Origin: Phoronis australis
Taxonomy: Eukaryota; Animalia; Phoronida
DNA: 53,009 nucleotides
Direction of reading: 5' to 3'
Assembly (NCBI GenBank): GCA_002633005.1
Contig: NMRA01000876.1
Coordinates: 1-53,009, forward strand
Shown here: one piece after another, positions 12,045 through 24,900 of the stretch
Layout: every line of letters begins with the position of its first letter
Numbering within the stretch: the first letter of the stretch is position 1
The notes under the pieces: generated by a model
Seen by the model: only the letters and a program-made list of their open reading frames with translations
Databases searched by the model: none
Told to the model about the DNA's origin: nothing
Made by a program: the position numbers and the translations under genes

Positions 12045-12152
12045 ATAATAATTATCTCGGGATCTCCATATCCCGAGATAATTAAGTTGGATCCCGAGAA
12101 CCCGAGATTATACGAAAAAAAAAACGCGCGATGTCCTTTCCTAGCCACCGTA
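12045..12152. mobile_element. Isolated terminus of a non-autonomous DNA transposon (IS3EU-like end)
   Basis: Ends atgtcctttcctagccaccgta (reverse complement TACGGTGGCTAGGAAAGGACAT, a TAYGG terminus), preceded by subterminal cccgaga/tctcggg repeats; no partner end seen. Confidence 0.4.
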
Positions 12153-15100
12153 GAATTGCACTTAACGTACAACTTGGGCGGGTGAATTGATAAAAAGAGA
12201 AAGTTCCATTTAGCACTAGGATTGTGTGTTAGTGTGAAGACGCCCTGTATATTTACAGGTAAGATTACTTAAAGTTAAGTACGTAAGTGTAGGGTCACAC
12301 AAATGTATAAAAGCATTTTCGTCGTCTTTAGCGTTCGCAGATGAGTGTGGGATAGCGATTTCTTCGTTGTGTTTTATTTTGTGACGTCAGAGAGAAATTG
12401 AGAGTGCTTTCGGAAAAAGCGCAATGTCTGAGACTTGAAAAACAAAACATAAAGCAGGTTTGAGGCTTGTGAATACGCCATGAATGTGCCCACGAGCTTC
12501 ACTCTAGACACAACACGACCGTGGAAAACTAAAAACGTTGACAAATGCAGTCTGAACAAACCATGGCTCGACCACAATAGAAGTTACTCATTTGGTTGTT
12601 GACCAGGGATGTGCACGTACTGTACAGTTAACCTTTAGAAAGAAAAGTGTGTCTCACAGGCAACAATAGAGAAACTCGGATCGTTGAGTTGAGTTTCCGG
12701 CTCATTTGACGATATTGCAAAATAGAATGTGCGTGGTAATGTTTTTAAGCTCCAAAGCGCGTCGGTGAAGAAACAACAATGAGAGCCATAAACAGGCGCG
12801 AAATGCACTTAGCTTTTAATACCTATGGCTGACAAGAATTCTGAACATGTGCGGTTCCCTAGTTCTCGCTTGACCGATATGAGACACGGTTGATCAAAAT
12901 ATTATAAGCTTTTAGAGAGTTAGACTCAGTCAAATACCGATTCTAAGCCAACATCATAAAATATACTGGATGATATACGCTACCTGCAAACATTGATATC
13001 AACGTGGCAGACGGACATCTGAACGGGTGCATTATGTCGCCACAGCGCATCATGTCATTGAATGCAACTATTGCCTTATGCCGCTTGAGTTTGCGTTCTT
13101 CATCACCAGTCTGTGGGTGTTGCTTGGTAGCAGAATTTGCCGCTAAAGATTCGTATTCAAGCTTGCGAAACACTGGTAACCAAAAGGTAAGATTTTCCAA
13201 AAGTTTGGAATTAAATGTTGAAAAATGTGGCTGACCTAACACTGAAGCTTATTCAAGATTTTTCGGCAAGCCTGACCGCTAGCAAGGTAAATCTAGACGC
13301 GTCTTTTGCAGTGCCTGTAAACCAAAAGTATTCACTGACACACCGATACACGAAGAACCTCAAAGGAGTACAAATTTACCTGAATTTTGCAAATCAAGAC
13401 CTTGTTGCAACATATACTGTTGCCTTCGGCACATTTAACTGTCGCCCGACGACAATATATGCCGAGTGCGACATTATGTCAACATTGAAGAATATTGCCA
13501 GTTAGGTGACAGGATGCGGATTCAGAATTCTAGTAGGAGGGCGACCAAAAGTTGGGGGTACTAAAGCATGTTTTTTTCTATTCCAAGTTCCTTGCTTGGA
13601 AAAGGGATGCTCCGCATCTGCTCTAGCATCGAGAGTGGTTGTCGTCATCTCCACTACAAGCACACATGCGCACGCGCACACACGTTCACACGCTCACTAT
13701 TTTTATTTTTGTTGATACATACATGTGTTACGATGCAAATTGTCATTCATATTTTAACACGATTAGGTGCGCCAAAATCCTCTTAGGGAGACTATGCGGG
13801 TGGATATGGCTGTCACAACCATTTTAGCCACGAGTAACGATTGCATGCGGAGCTCTTTTGGTCGTACTCATGGGTTGAAGGCCCTGGCCCCCCTTAATCC
13901 CTCCTATCTGTCAGTAGATCTGGGCAACTGTGTTTTTCAAGCACTAGGTAGATATTCACGAAACTTTATTTTTTCAATGCTCATCACACGTATCTTCTCT
14001 CAGGCAACAACATCTGTCGATGTTGATGGAATGATTGTCGCCCCCCGAGTGTAACAATGTCTGCTGTTACATTGTGATGGTACACCCTAAAAGCATGACT
14101 GTGTACATATAGGCCTACACTATACTGCGTGCAGACCTGTTCTGAGGCATAGGCAAATCCAAACTGTGGTGTGACAAAGCTTCGGACATGCCGAATAAGA
14201 TAGGGTGACCGAAAGTTAGGGAGGGTGAACATTAGGGAAGGGGAGTCTTATGCGCCATGAGCTTGCCTTTGTCATTGTTCTTTTCATGTTTTATTTGTTA
14301 AGAAATGAATAATGGGGACTGTTGTGGCAGAAGAAGGGTGATACCCTAGCACCTCATATCGGAGCAAATCCGGGGTTGAGTGTTTCGTGGGGACTTGGGT
14401 TAAATTAAGTGTAATTTGCCAGAATGACTCCCCTCGATTCAGTTGCAAAAAATTGCGTGAGGCAAAGATTCGTCATTCTTAGAAATCAATCTGTTCTCTC
14501 TATTTGGCACCTTTCGACTTTTGGGATTGTCGATGAAGAGTTCGTCTCAATATGAGACACATTCTACTTACAGAAAGTACATTCTTTAACGTTAGTTTTA
14601 CTCATAGAAAGTTTTGTATATATTTGGCTAAATATGTATTACACTTAATTTTGCCACGGTCACGGAAATAGACGGGAATAGTTGATGATTTTCCGATCTC
14701 GGCCGAGGTACAAAACTGTGCTAAAAAGACTTTTAGTATAATAACAGAAAGGATGTGAGCATTATGCTATGTTACTTATTACATAATTTGGTATATATTT
14801 TAAAGTTTTTTAACTAGAATGCCCTTTGAGATAAGTACTTTAATTTGCAAATTTAAGGCAAAGCTGTGTTCCTCCGCGTGATTATATGTGAGTGTATGTA
14901 AATAGTTAATAACAAAAAGGTTATGCGTCAAAGAAAATCAACTACTGACGCCTAACTCTGCGTTTGTGCAAGACGCCAGGTGCGTGCCTGTTTCAACAAA
15001 TTGTAATTTACATGGAATCCAAAAAAAATCTTGCAACCAGTCCGTGAGGTTTGGTGTAAGCTACGGCATTTCATTGAAAAAAGGTCATTAGTTAACCAGC

Positions 15101-17061
15101 GAATTATTTTGGAGCTTCAAAAGAAGCAAGATCAAACAAAATGTCAAACATTTCAAATTGTCTGAAATTTATTTCAATTAATTTCTTTGATGGAAGACAT
15201 ATGAACATTGTACCTGTATTATATTTCATCATGATCATTACTGAACGCAACGATTACTTAGCAAAAACAACCTACAATAAGGGACGTAGGCTGAATCAAA
15301 GCTTTTGCATGTTATCAGGAAGCTATTAACATAATGCCTTCCTTCCTGATGTTATCTAAAATAAGTCTGTTCAAACTGTTCTATTCATACACTGTATTTT
15401 ATAAAACCTGTAAAACTGACGTTGAATTGAAACCAGGAACTAACATCTTACTCGCCCCTTTGCTTAATTTAAAAACTGCTAAAGAGAAATCCCCAGTGTC
15501 AACGAACCCCCATACAAGGTCTTAACAGAACCAGTGTCGAGAGCGAGGCGGGTACCTCTATACAGGAATGTTGGTGTGCAATTTTCGTGAACAATCCGGC
15601 CAAACGCACCATGGCTTGCAGTCCGCAATATTGATTAGATGTACATACAGCCATTGTTTTCGAGTGTTGCAGGAAGCTAGGCCATCTTTAATAAAGGAAC
15701 ACAATGCAAAAAATAAATGTAATGCAATGAAAGACAACTAAAACATCATACTATGAATGGATATCTAATACTAAGAGAAAAACGACTGCGCACCGTATAA
15801 TGTGATTATGATGTAGACATGGCCACCACTTGAACTGACATGAAACTTGTGAGAATCTGAAAACATATCGAGTAAAAAAATTTCAATTAATATAAGGGTA
15901 TTCTATGAAAGTAAGTTGACGATGAGGGTAGCAAACTCGTAGCCGATGAGTTATCGCTTTTATTGAGGCACCTTATTAAAGTGGGAGAAATGTGTGGATA
16001 GGGGAATTGTTTAGGAGGAAGCATTGAGATAATAGTGATACTTTGAAGGTCATATAGCTGACTGAAGGACGAAACAGGCAAAACTGTCATTGTGTTGGTC
16101 ATAAATAACTGTTCCTAGTTCATGTTTGGAGGAGGCGCAGGTTTCTTCGGAGTAGAGGTTTTTCGGAGTATTTTTTGAGTAATTGGTAGTAACCATACTA
16201 GACGCACCGGCATTGAATTGTTGAGCGTATGAGCATTTCCATGCCATATGCTTTCCCTATTGTGCCAATACAACCCTCATGAAAATTGTGAGCAAAATGT
16301 TTGGCCAACTATAGTTTGTGAGGGCCATCTGGAAGGTAAGCTTTCTTGCTTAAGATGATTGTATCTCTTATTTTGTCTTCAATAGTTATTGTGTTTTATA
16401 TGACTGACATCAGGAAGAGATAACCAGGAAGGGACAACTGTTTTAGCGCATTTTAACGTGTTTTCAAAAGTGATTTCAAAAGTAAATGTTAAAGTCGTCT
16501 AGAATCCAATCATTGTGTTTGAAAGCTTAACTCTTTAGCTATAAAATGACACCACTTCGGTCCCCAAAGACTGCATATTAATGACACTGGGATGCTTTGA
16601 ACATGACTTGTTTAACCTTCCAAAAGATGCCTCTTCCCAGGCATGTACTCGGGCATGATCCTCTTTTTTGAACCAACAGATGTCACTAATATATGCAAAT
16701 AAGGCTTGCATCTCCTACGTCATGTGACGTCATACGACGTCATACGACGCGAACTTCCAATTTGAACCCTCAGTTGCCTATAGTGAATGACTTGAAACAC
16801 AGTTCTACCTGATTGGGCAGATCTAAGAAAATTAAGAACTCACACAAGTCAACGATTAAAGAACATTGAATGGTTTCACATGAAAATACATTTAATTGTA
16901 TTTGGATACGCTTGCATGGGTGAAAGCTTGGACTTTGTCATTTTGCTTAAATCCAGATTTAGAAGCAGGTGTAAGTCAAGAAATTAGCTGCTCCCGCCAC
17001 GGTGGCCGGTGTCGTGGCGTCCGAGTTGCCGGGAAGTCTGATCCATGCATGCGTAATTCAG

Positions 17062-17158
17062 TCGACGAACTAATGCTAGTCGCCGGTCAGCTCCGCTATG
17101 ATTCATGCGCAATTCGACGAACTAATGCTAGTCGCTGGTCAGCTACGCTATGATTCAT
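17062..17158 (+). repeat. ~52-bp tandem duplication
   Basis: tcgacgaactaatgctagtcgc(c/t)ggtcagct(c/a)cgctatgattcat occurs twice. Confidence 0.8.
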
Positions 17159-17970
17159 TTGAGACGTGCGGCTTAACTCCTTACCCGTGTCACTGGCTCC
17201 AAGGTCGTTTTGTTTGACCCAGTTTCGGGAAAAGTTCATTTTAATACGGCCATTTCCTGAAGATTTTTTGAAAGATATGATCCCGAAATCCTTGGCCTAT
17301 AGAGCTGTATTAAAATTCCTTGTTGAAACACGGCCACTGGTCCAGCTTCTGCCGGGCGGTTCAGTGAGGAAAATGCTATGGAACGCGTGTCCCAAAAATG
17401 CACACTTCAATTAACCCCTGCAGTTCAAGTTCTTTTCCCGTCAATCACTGTGCGCGGATTCTACGCGGGCAGCCTACTGCATGACTACACCTTATTTTTA
17501 ACGTGGGTGCGTCACTGAGTCACGACGTGTCCAGTATGCACGGGAATGTCAAGCAAACGATTCGGTTTAGAAGAACCTAAATTCATTGCACAATACTACT
17601 GGGACTGACTACAAGCACTCAAGGAAATGCAAAGACAATCTTTCCAAATTTATGAGCAATGACTTGGTCTTCTTTTTCGATCCGATCTACGATTTGTAAA
17701 TGTTTGAATTTCTTTAGTCTAGTTTTTAATTCAATACATTCATCATATATATCACTGCTATCGTTTAGTGTCCTTCTTTGCGACATGGTGGTCTGATGAT
17801 GGATCGAATTTTTGCAAGTCAGCCTTCAGCCTTCAACTAAGTTCAGTGACGTATCGCCATTTCTTACAAGACAGCTTCGATCTGTGCTGTGCACGAATGT
17901 TTTGTGTTTTTGATGAATTTGGAATCTCAACTTCCCCTCGTGAGTAGTTGGCAGTGTCATGTCGGAGGTG

Positions 17971-18040
17971 TATAGAGGGCGCAGCACTGAAAAAAGTGGA
18001 GGCTAAAGCCCCCTCAGCCCCCTGTAGTGCACCGCCTATG
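17971..18040 (-). mobile_element. Degenerate ~70-bp mini-MITE, inverted relative of 45470-45538
   Basis: gcgcagcactgaaaaaagtgg...aaagccccc.cagccccct.tagtgcaccgcctatg matches the reverse complement of 45470-45538. Confidence 0.65.
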
Positions 18041-18241
18041 GACCACTGAAAAACTTGGACTGAATTAAAGGAGAATGCCACCCGATTTAATTAGTCTTTT
18101 TTGTCTTATTAATCGGTCTATATCCACATCGCCTCGCACACGGTCGACCTTACCTTGCCAAGAGGTGTCGCGTTAACCTGTGAGGAAGGTGAGAAACGAC
18201 GCTAGCGACGTCAATGGTTCATCTGCAGAGTGAATGCCGCT

Positions 18242-18445
18242 ATGTTGCGGTGCATCGTTCCCGCTTGTGCGAGCTATGCACCTGCGAGGAAAGTGGGTAT
18301 ATCGTTTTTTCGACTTCCTCGAGAGTCCGAAATGTTTAGGAAGTGGATCGCAATAGTGAAGAATGAAAAGTACGCTGTAAATAGCAAGTATGAGGCCGTG
18401 GAACATCTCCTTGTCTGTGGCCTGCAGTCGTCGACAGCCGCGTGA
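18242..18445 (+). pseudogene. THAP zinc-finger domain remnant (transposase N-terminus)
   Basis: MLRCIVPAC...GISFFRLP...RKWIAIV...LLVCGLQ matches the C-x4-C ... FFxLP ... W ... CxxH THAP pattern. The final His is Q here but is LHF in copy 2. The sequence is truncated immediately after. Confidence 0.8.
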
Positions 18446-19002
18446 GTGCCTGACGAATGCCAGCTTGCCAAATAACTATCCCTACGTTCCGTTGTCTGAC
18501 CTTGTTCACGGCGCCTCTTTAGTATTTCTTCATCACTGTATTCCTGTTCGAACTGATAGCCTGTGAAACCTAACGATCCACCTGCGAAGTCTTTGTTGGG
18601 ATTGATGAGGTCTCGTCTAAGTCGCAGGAGATTGCGAGTTGCCATGTTGACGTTTATTTCTGAGCGTTCTGTTTCAAAATAAATTATTCTAACCCTAACC
18701 AATCCTTATATAAAACTGAAACAAAGTCTGTCACATTAGGTGCAATTTCTAATGCCTTTGGAGTGTTCCTGAGTGCAAATGATTTGAGAAGCCAGCAATG
18801 TATCATACGGACTGCGTTAGGTGCAATAAAAATAATTGACGGGGACACCGAGGCCGTGTGAGCTCATGCTAATTTAGTGTTTGATGGCAGAAACTGTTGT
18901 GAAACAACTCGATTTCCATCCCACGGCCAGGTGTTAGGGGAATCTTTATTTATATTTACATTATTCAAATAATGATTGTCAATGTACAACTTCTGCCCTG
19001 AC

Positions 19003-19246
19003 CATGTGCGCACCCAGGGGGGCTCGAGGGCTCGAACGAGGGCAAAGTGGCGAAATGGGCAAAAAGGTCCGCCTCTGGGAAACAAAAAGTCCGAGAAAAT
19101 GAGACTAAAGTCCTCTAAACAAGCACAGTCGCGCAATTCACAGTGGTGCCCCCGTTTTTTAGCTCACCCGCTTTTTTGTTACCAAAAGGTCCACAACGTC
19201 AGAAATTCGAGCCCCCCCCATATATTGAAGGCTGGGTGCACGCATG
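19003..19246. mobile_element. 244-bp MITE with 5-bp TSD nested in Kolobok copy 1
   Basis: TIR CATGTGCGCACCCAG / CTGGGTGCACGCATG (13/15 match); flanks CTGAC / TTGAC; this segment is absent from the homologous position in copy 3. Confidence 0.8.
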
Positions 19247-20658
19247 TTGACGGTGCTGTGGACAAAACGGAACCTGAATTCGCGGCCCCAACGAGTAAGT
19301 AGACTTGAAGTATCGTGGCTAATTCACCAACATAATCACGTGCTCATTACTTTGGCTCACTAGTATAGTATTTTCCTGACTAGAAGTTTAGTTTCCAACT
19401 TTGGTTGGTTTATGTTCGTGATGTCTGATCAGTTTCCGAGTCACTGGTCGGGATAACGAGTCAATCCGGCGGCCGCGACGGGCCTGATCGGCCGAGCCAC
19501 TGGCCAGGATAACAAGCGTTTTGCGTGTTTAGAACTTAAAAAATCACAGTTACAAACAACACAGACTAGGTTCTCCTGTCCGTATCTCACGGAAAAATAC
19601 TTCGAATATATCTCCGAACAGACCCAAACTCCTGCTACGGACCTTATTGGCTTGCCGAGCCGTTGTAAGCTACGGCCGTGTCCAAATACCAATAAATCCG
19701 TAACAGCGAAATAAAACAACACGTTTTTATAAGAACTCGGTGTATTTTTAAGGGTTTCACATCGAAGTTTGTTGATTTATTGGTGTAAAACGGTGAATTC
19801 AAGCGATAAGCTTACACCAGTAACCCGTGTTGTGAACTGCTGAACAGACTGCGTGTGAAACCAATTATGTCATTGGATAATTTCAACACCTCCGTCTGCC
19901 ATCAGGTGTCAGGTAACGCAACCGTACGTGCCGTTATGGAGTAGAATTACTCGATCTAAATTGATACAAATTAGGTTGTTTTTGGGTGGCATGCTCCTTC
20001 AATACGCTCCGCAAAATTTTTGCTTTACAAGTTTTCTCGAATTTTCGAAATACATGTATGAATGATTAAGTGCACATTTTCAAGAGCGCTTAGACGACCT
20101 ATGCTGCAAAAACGGAGACCCTAACAACAATAGTCCTGGTCAGGGCCCTCAAATGGTAAACCATACATTGATAACGAGTTGTCAAAGTTCTCTTGAGTTT
20201 TCTCTCTGATCAGTATTCGAAGTCTTTCTTTTTTGTCTTTCCCCAGCCCTACACCTTTGTCGGTTGCCATGGTTTAACCCTGAGGCATGCAATTTTTTGG
20301 GGGTGGCACTCGCCCTCCCCCCGCTTACTAAGGTCCTGATGCAAGGAGTCCATCTTTGGTCCAAGGTCAATGTTGTGTTTCAACACGCACTCGTTGTATA
20401 GCTTGAGCATTAAATGAAAGGTTTAAGAAATACAGGAGCAGTTTTGCGCATTTAATTGTGCGTGTAAAAGGGTTTATGGATTTGTACTGAATTTGTTGCT
20501 GCAACTTGTCTCATGGGCCTGTACCCGGCACGTGACCACAAAGGTGGACACTAATTCGGCTATTGCGCAAGTCGACTGTAGCAAGGTGGCCAGTGAAAAT
20601 GTAAGACAGCACCAGGCCAGTGGGCGTGTGTGACAACTCGGATTTCTAGTCTCTTATT

Positions 20659-21180
20659 ATGAAAACCATTGAAGGCAATTATCAGCACCTGCAAACAAGA
20701 ATTTTGAAGTATGGAGAATTTCAACAGGAGTTAGCTGTAGACTTAGTCACGAAGCTGCCGACATTTCAGCCACGGTTACTGCCGGTCCTTCGAAGCAATT
20801 ATAGCACATATATATGAATTTTTAAGAATGGCAAGGGTGCGTTTTGTGTTGACGGAAATGTCCATGGTGTCGAGGAATCTGAGGCATTTAATGATGAACA
20901 ACTGTTCTGGCTTCATTTGGAAAAACACTTAGCAAAACTAACTTCCACGTATGCATACTGTGGCGGAATTAAAAAATACGATTATGGCAGTGCAAATTGT
21001 AGCAGAGCCACAAAGTGTGCTAAAATGGTAGAAAATTGGGCATAACATTTCTGTAGAAGATAAAAGGTTGATTGGCGCAGGAGCAGGCAGATGTCTTCAA
21101 TGCTCAGAAAAATTTCGGCAGGCAAGAGACTAGGCAATGACCATCGCCTCTGTTGGCCCGAAGCAGAGGCGATGTAGAGG
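20659..21180 (+). pseudogene. Decayed ORF of unknown function inside the 6.5-kb element
   Basis: MKTIEGNYQHLQTRILKYGEFQQELAVDLVTKLPTFQPRLLPVLRSNYSTYI*IFKNGKGAFCVDGNV...YCGGIKKYDYGSANCSRATKC...: ~173 codons in one frame with only 3 internal stops. Confidence 0.4.
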
Positions 21181-21933
21181 CTATAGGCGCTCTGTACGCC
21201 GGAAGCTTTTCGGCGAATTATGCCTCGCACCGACTAAACCATCAAAGTCACGTTGTTACAAATACCTTTTGCGCATAGAGGAACACCTTATGAGGTTGTC
21301 GATGTGTTTAATTCCTTCCAACTCGAAAAAATACTCCCGTTATGAAACTTTTTCTTCGAGCAGTCCCTATTTCAGTTCCCAAAATCGTGAANNNNNNNNN
21401 NNNNNNNNNNNNNNNNNNNNNNNNNNNNNNNNNNNNNNNNNNNNNNNNNNNNNNNNNNNNNNNNNNNNNNNNNNNNNNNNNNNNNNNNNNNNNNNNNNNN
21501 NNNNNNNNNNNNNNNNNNNNNNNNNNNNNNNNNNGACTTAGTCGCGAAGCTGCCGACATTCCAGCCACGGTTACTGCCTGTCCTTCGAAGCAATTATAGC
21601 ACATAATTATATACGATTTTTTAAGAATGGCAAGGGTGCGTTTTGTGTTGACGGAAATGTCCAAAGCGTCGAGAAATCTGATGCATTTAATGATGAACAA
21701 CTGTTGTAGCTTAATTTGGAAAAACACCTAGCAAAACTAACTTCCAGGTATGCATACTGTGGCGGAATTAAGAAGAAATACGATTATGGCAGTGCTAATT
21801 GTAGCAGACCCACAAAGTGTGCTAAAAGGGTAGAAAATTAGGCATAAAATTTCTGTAGCAGTTATAAGGTTGATTGGCGCAGGAGAAGGCCGATGTCTTC
21901 AATGCTCAGAAAAAATTCGGCAGGCAAGAGACT
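20740..21933 (+). repeat. ~390-bp diverged duplication flanking the assembly gap (20740-21131 and 21535-21933)
   Basis: gacttagtc(a/g)cgaagctgccgacatt...ggcaggcaagagact is present on both sides of the N run. Confidence 0.85.
21392..21534. other. Assembly gap (143 N)
   Basis: Run of N. Confidence 1.
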
Positions 21934-24900
21934 TGCCAAGAAAATGGCACAGTTGAGTCCGGGCATTCTAAAGGAAAGAACTGCAGTCAATTCCAGTTAT
22001 TCGGTGGAACTTCTCTCACCCGACGGCGTTGTTTCACGATACCGCAACCTCAAACAACGTCAAAGAAACGAAACGCGGACGGTGAGATATTATAGAGTAT
22101 TAATATTTACTCTTGGATACAGGTGCACACCTCAAAATTAATTTCCCACGGTCATTCTTTATGCCGATAGCAATGTTTTCGTCAACTGAAGAAGAACAGG
22201 AATCATAGACATCCCGCGCGCTCCGTCTATGGTTCTGACACTTCAAAATTTTGTCAACACGATAGGTAGCCGCAGAAAGTTCGATGTTGACCTCATTCTA
22301 ATCTTCTCTGCAATCCACTGTCAGGGGACGAAAACATTTCAAAGTCCGCTCCTCGAAATAGGGCTTGCTTAGCTGGAATTCAGAACTGCGGTCATGAGAG
22401 TGTTTTCACCTCCTGAGTGCGAAGCGATCGAGTTAGCTGTGGTATCTTCATCAGCGCGTGCTCTCAGCGGGGGTCACCGCTTTATCCACTCGAGCGCTCG
22501 ACAACAACTAAACTGACGACAGTCTCAGAACTCTCACATGCAAATTTGATATGCAAATGAGGGAGTACTTGACTACTGCGCCATCTATACATCGACGGAA
22601 AAGCTTAAATACCCGTGATTGCGTGTGGGAAATTGCAATTGCGTGCACTGAAGTCGATATTTTCAAAGTACAATTACACCACTGTTTAAGGTTGCAAAGT
22701 GAGTTTTTTGATATCATTCTATAGAAAAATCTCCATGATAGCAAGTAACAGCATATGTTCACGAAAACAACAACGGATTTAAAACTAGTAGTTTTAAATC
22801 TATAGAAAAAGCCTTAATCTCTCTGATAAAATTCTCTGTTTCCTTTTTAACGAAATTTAAGTCCTGAAATTAGTCCGGGGAAGGAGGCCAAAAACGGCGG
22901 TTTAGCTAGTTGTCCCTTCCTGGTTATCTCTTCCTGCTGACATTCACTTTCAGTTTTCCGACTGCGGTGCCCTCTGGAGGCGGTATTGGTGTTTGCCCTT
23001 GGGTTTTCACACACCAAGTTCCTAGATCTGAATGAAGTTAGGTTTACAAATTTCTTGATTTAACAGTTCATTTTGCCATTTTCTGGCATCAGTAGGATGA
23101 CCACTTTGTTAAGAAAACTTAAATGTTGAAACTGTTCGTTTACTTGCCCACCTCTGAACAAAGTATTCTTGGTTACAATCTGACAAAAAATTCAGTTCAA
23201 CTGTCCGAGCATTTAATTCTTTTCGTGATGCTAAAATATGGTTTCTGGTTTTCAGTGTTTTGGTGGAAGCTTCTATATTGAAAACATGTACTTTCGTCAC
23301 GACTTAGCCTCAGTTAGGCTTACTTTCAGATTTGACATGTTTGGGATTATTCCGGAAGTGCCCGGCAGACGGCCATATTGAATGGCAGTTGTATACCTCT
23401 CTCTTTATTATAGTATATGGTCGAGGGCTACTTAAAGGTGCCTGTGCTTCAGCTGATTTCCCGCGTTTACAGTCGCTTCAGCTGATCTTCTTTACTATAA
23501 GTAGTATTAGTGTTTGTTTAACTTCAGTACCTTGCGAATCAACTCATAAGCATAAGAACAAGTATTAATCGACAAAAGTGAATTTGTAGCAATACTTAAC
23601 AATAAGTATTTCTTTAATTTACACGGTTTTGTTCCAGGGGAAGGGCCAAGGCTACCTGATATTGACAACTCATTTGGAAAACCTGAGTTTCAAAACGCGC
23701 CATCACCATTGCAATAGGCCAAAGGTCCATATTAACACAACTTCTAAACTACTGTACTTATGAATATGAAGGTAGGCGTGCATTTTAAGACATATTGTCA
23801 ATTTCTCTCTTTCAGTGTCTGAACTGGCTCTAAATAAAAAAGGATAGGCTGTGGTTGTCACAAATACATGGAATAGCTGTAATGTAACGTGGAACTATAT
23901 GCAGGAGTTTTATCTGCGAAGTGATTTTGTGAAAATAAACTTTTCTCCCAGGATTCTTCTGTAGCTTTTTAAACAAGAAATTGAGCTAATTTGGACCTGA
24001 ATATTCACCTGCCACAATAGAATCAGTTCTAATATTGAGTTTTGGAGAGGCCAGTAATCTGCGACTGGAAAGACCAGTTAGCACTGTTATTTTCTTTAGC
24101 GTTTTTTGACTTTGGAGTGTTGCACGCCATCACATGTTCGTTCTACAGTACAACACTTATAAATTTAATTTGCACTTCATACACAGTGAAGGTAATGCGA
24201 TTTCAAATGTTATACCGTTGCCTGCAGAAGAAAAAATATAATTGTATACTAACATGAAATAAAACCACCAACTGAAACAAATTACCACAAAATTCGAAAT
24301 CAGAAAACATGAGAGGGAAAGAATGAAATGCTTAAATTTTTCCTCAGGTATTGATAGGTGTTCTGTCAGCCGGTTTTTTAGTGGTTATCAACTAATTTAC
24401 ATGTACTCTGATTGACATATAATGGCTTGTTACTTAGAGAAACCCAGCATCACATTCCTTTATGAGGTTTGTGCAGAGTTAGTAAACCAGGTAAACAAAG
24501 CCGCCTGGATCTCGCAACACTGTCATGACTTCTCGACTGGTCATGTGGTGGTGATCCAGGAAAGAAATAACCTCCTGGATATCTGCCTCTGCTATTTCTA
24601 CCTGAGCGACACACAGTTGCGCTTGTGGTAGAAAGCATTTGTGCTGCTTGTTACTTTTGACAATAGAGCATCCATTTCTGTTATACATTATAGTTTGTAA
24701 GAGTGAAATTTATACTTTTTACCAACAGACGTCGTTTCCGAAACTACACCAAATCCTGTGAAGGACACCAAAGCACACACAAAATAGACATTTTCATTAT
24801 TTATTTTCCCTCTTCCAATGAGTAAATAACACGGGTCTGGGATTCCCCTGCTTTACTTTACAATTCGTAAGTGAAAATTTGTAATACATTATACAGTTGA

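Larger units (their letters stand above)
18069..19998 (+). mobile_element. Non-autonomous Kolobok-type transposon, copy 1 (THAP remnant on +, KolX-like start on -)
   Basis: TTAA|AGGAGAATGCCACCC ... GGGTGGCATGCTCCT|TCAA; colinear (inverted) with 39301-41201 and 46985-48697. Confidence 0.9.
16411..22936. mobile_element. ~6.5-kb TIR DNA transposon with 7-bp TSD (P-element or hATw-like), carrying nested elements and decayed ORFs
   Basis: Perfect 29-bp TIR CAGGAAGAGATAACCAGGAAGGGACAACT (16411-16439) / AGTTGTCCCTTCCTGGTTATCTCTTCCTG (22908-22936); identical TSD CTGACAT at 16404-16410 and 22937-22943. Confidence 0.88.

Noticed and set aside
11529-12172. ORFs with CVCVCV/THTHTH runs (also 41970-42372)
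   Set aside because: These are translations of microsatellites; only 42256-42386 is a true exon
13510-13910. Possible MITE starting caggatgcggattcag
   Set aside because: The ends are too degenerate and no TSD could be confirmed
17062-17158. Short direct repeats as a CRISPR-like array (also 9590-9643 and 11710-11778)
   Set aside because: Only two units each, no unique spacers of regular length, no cas genes, eukaryotic context
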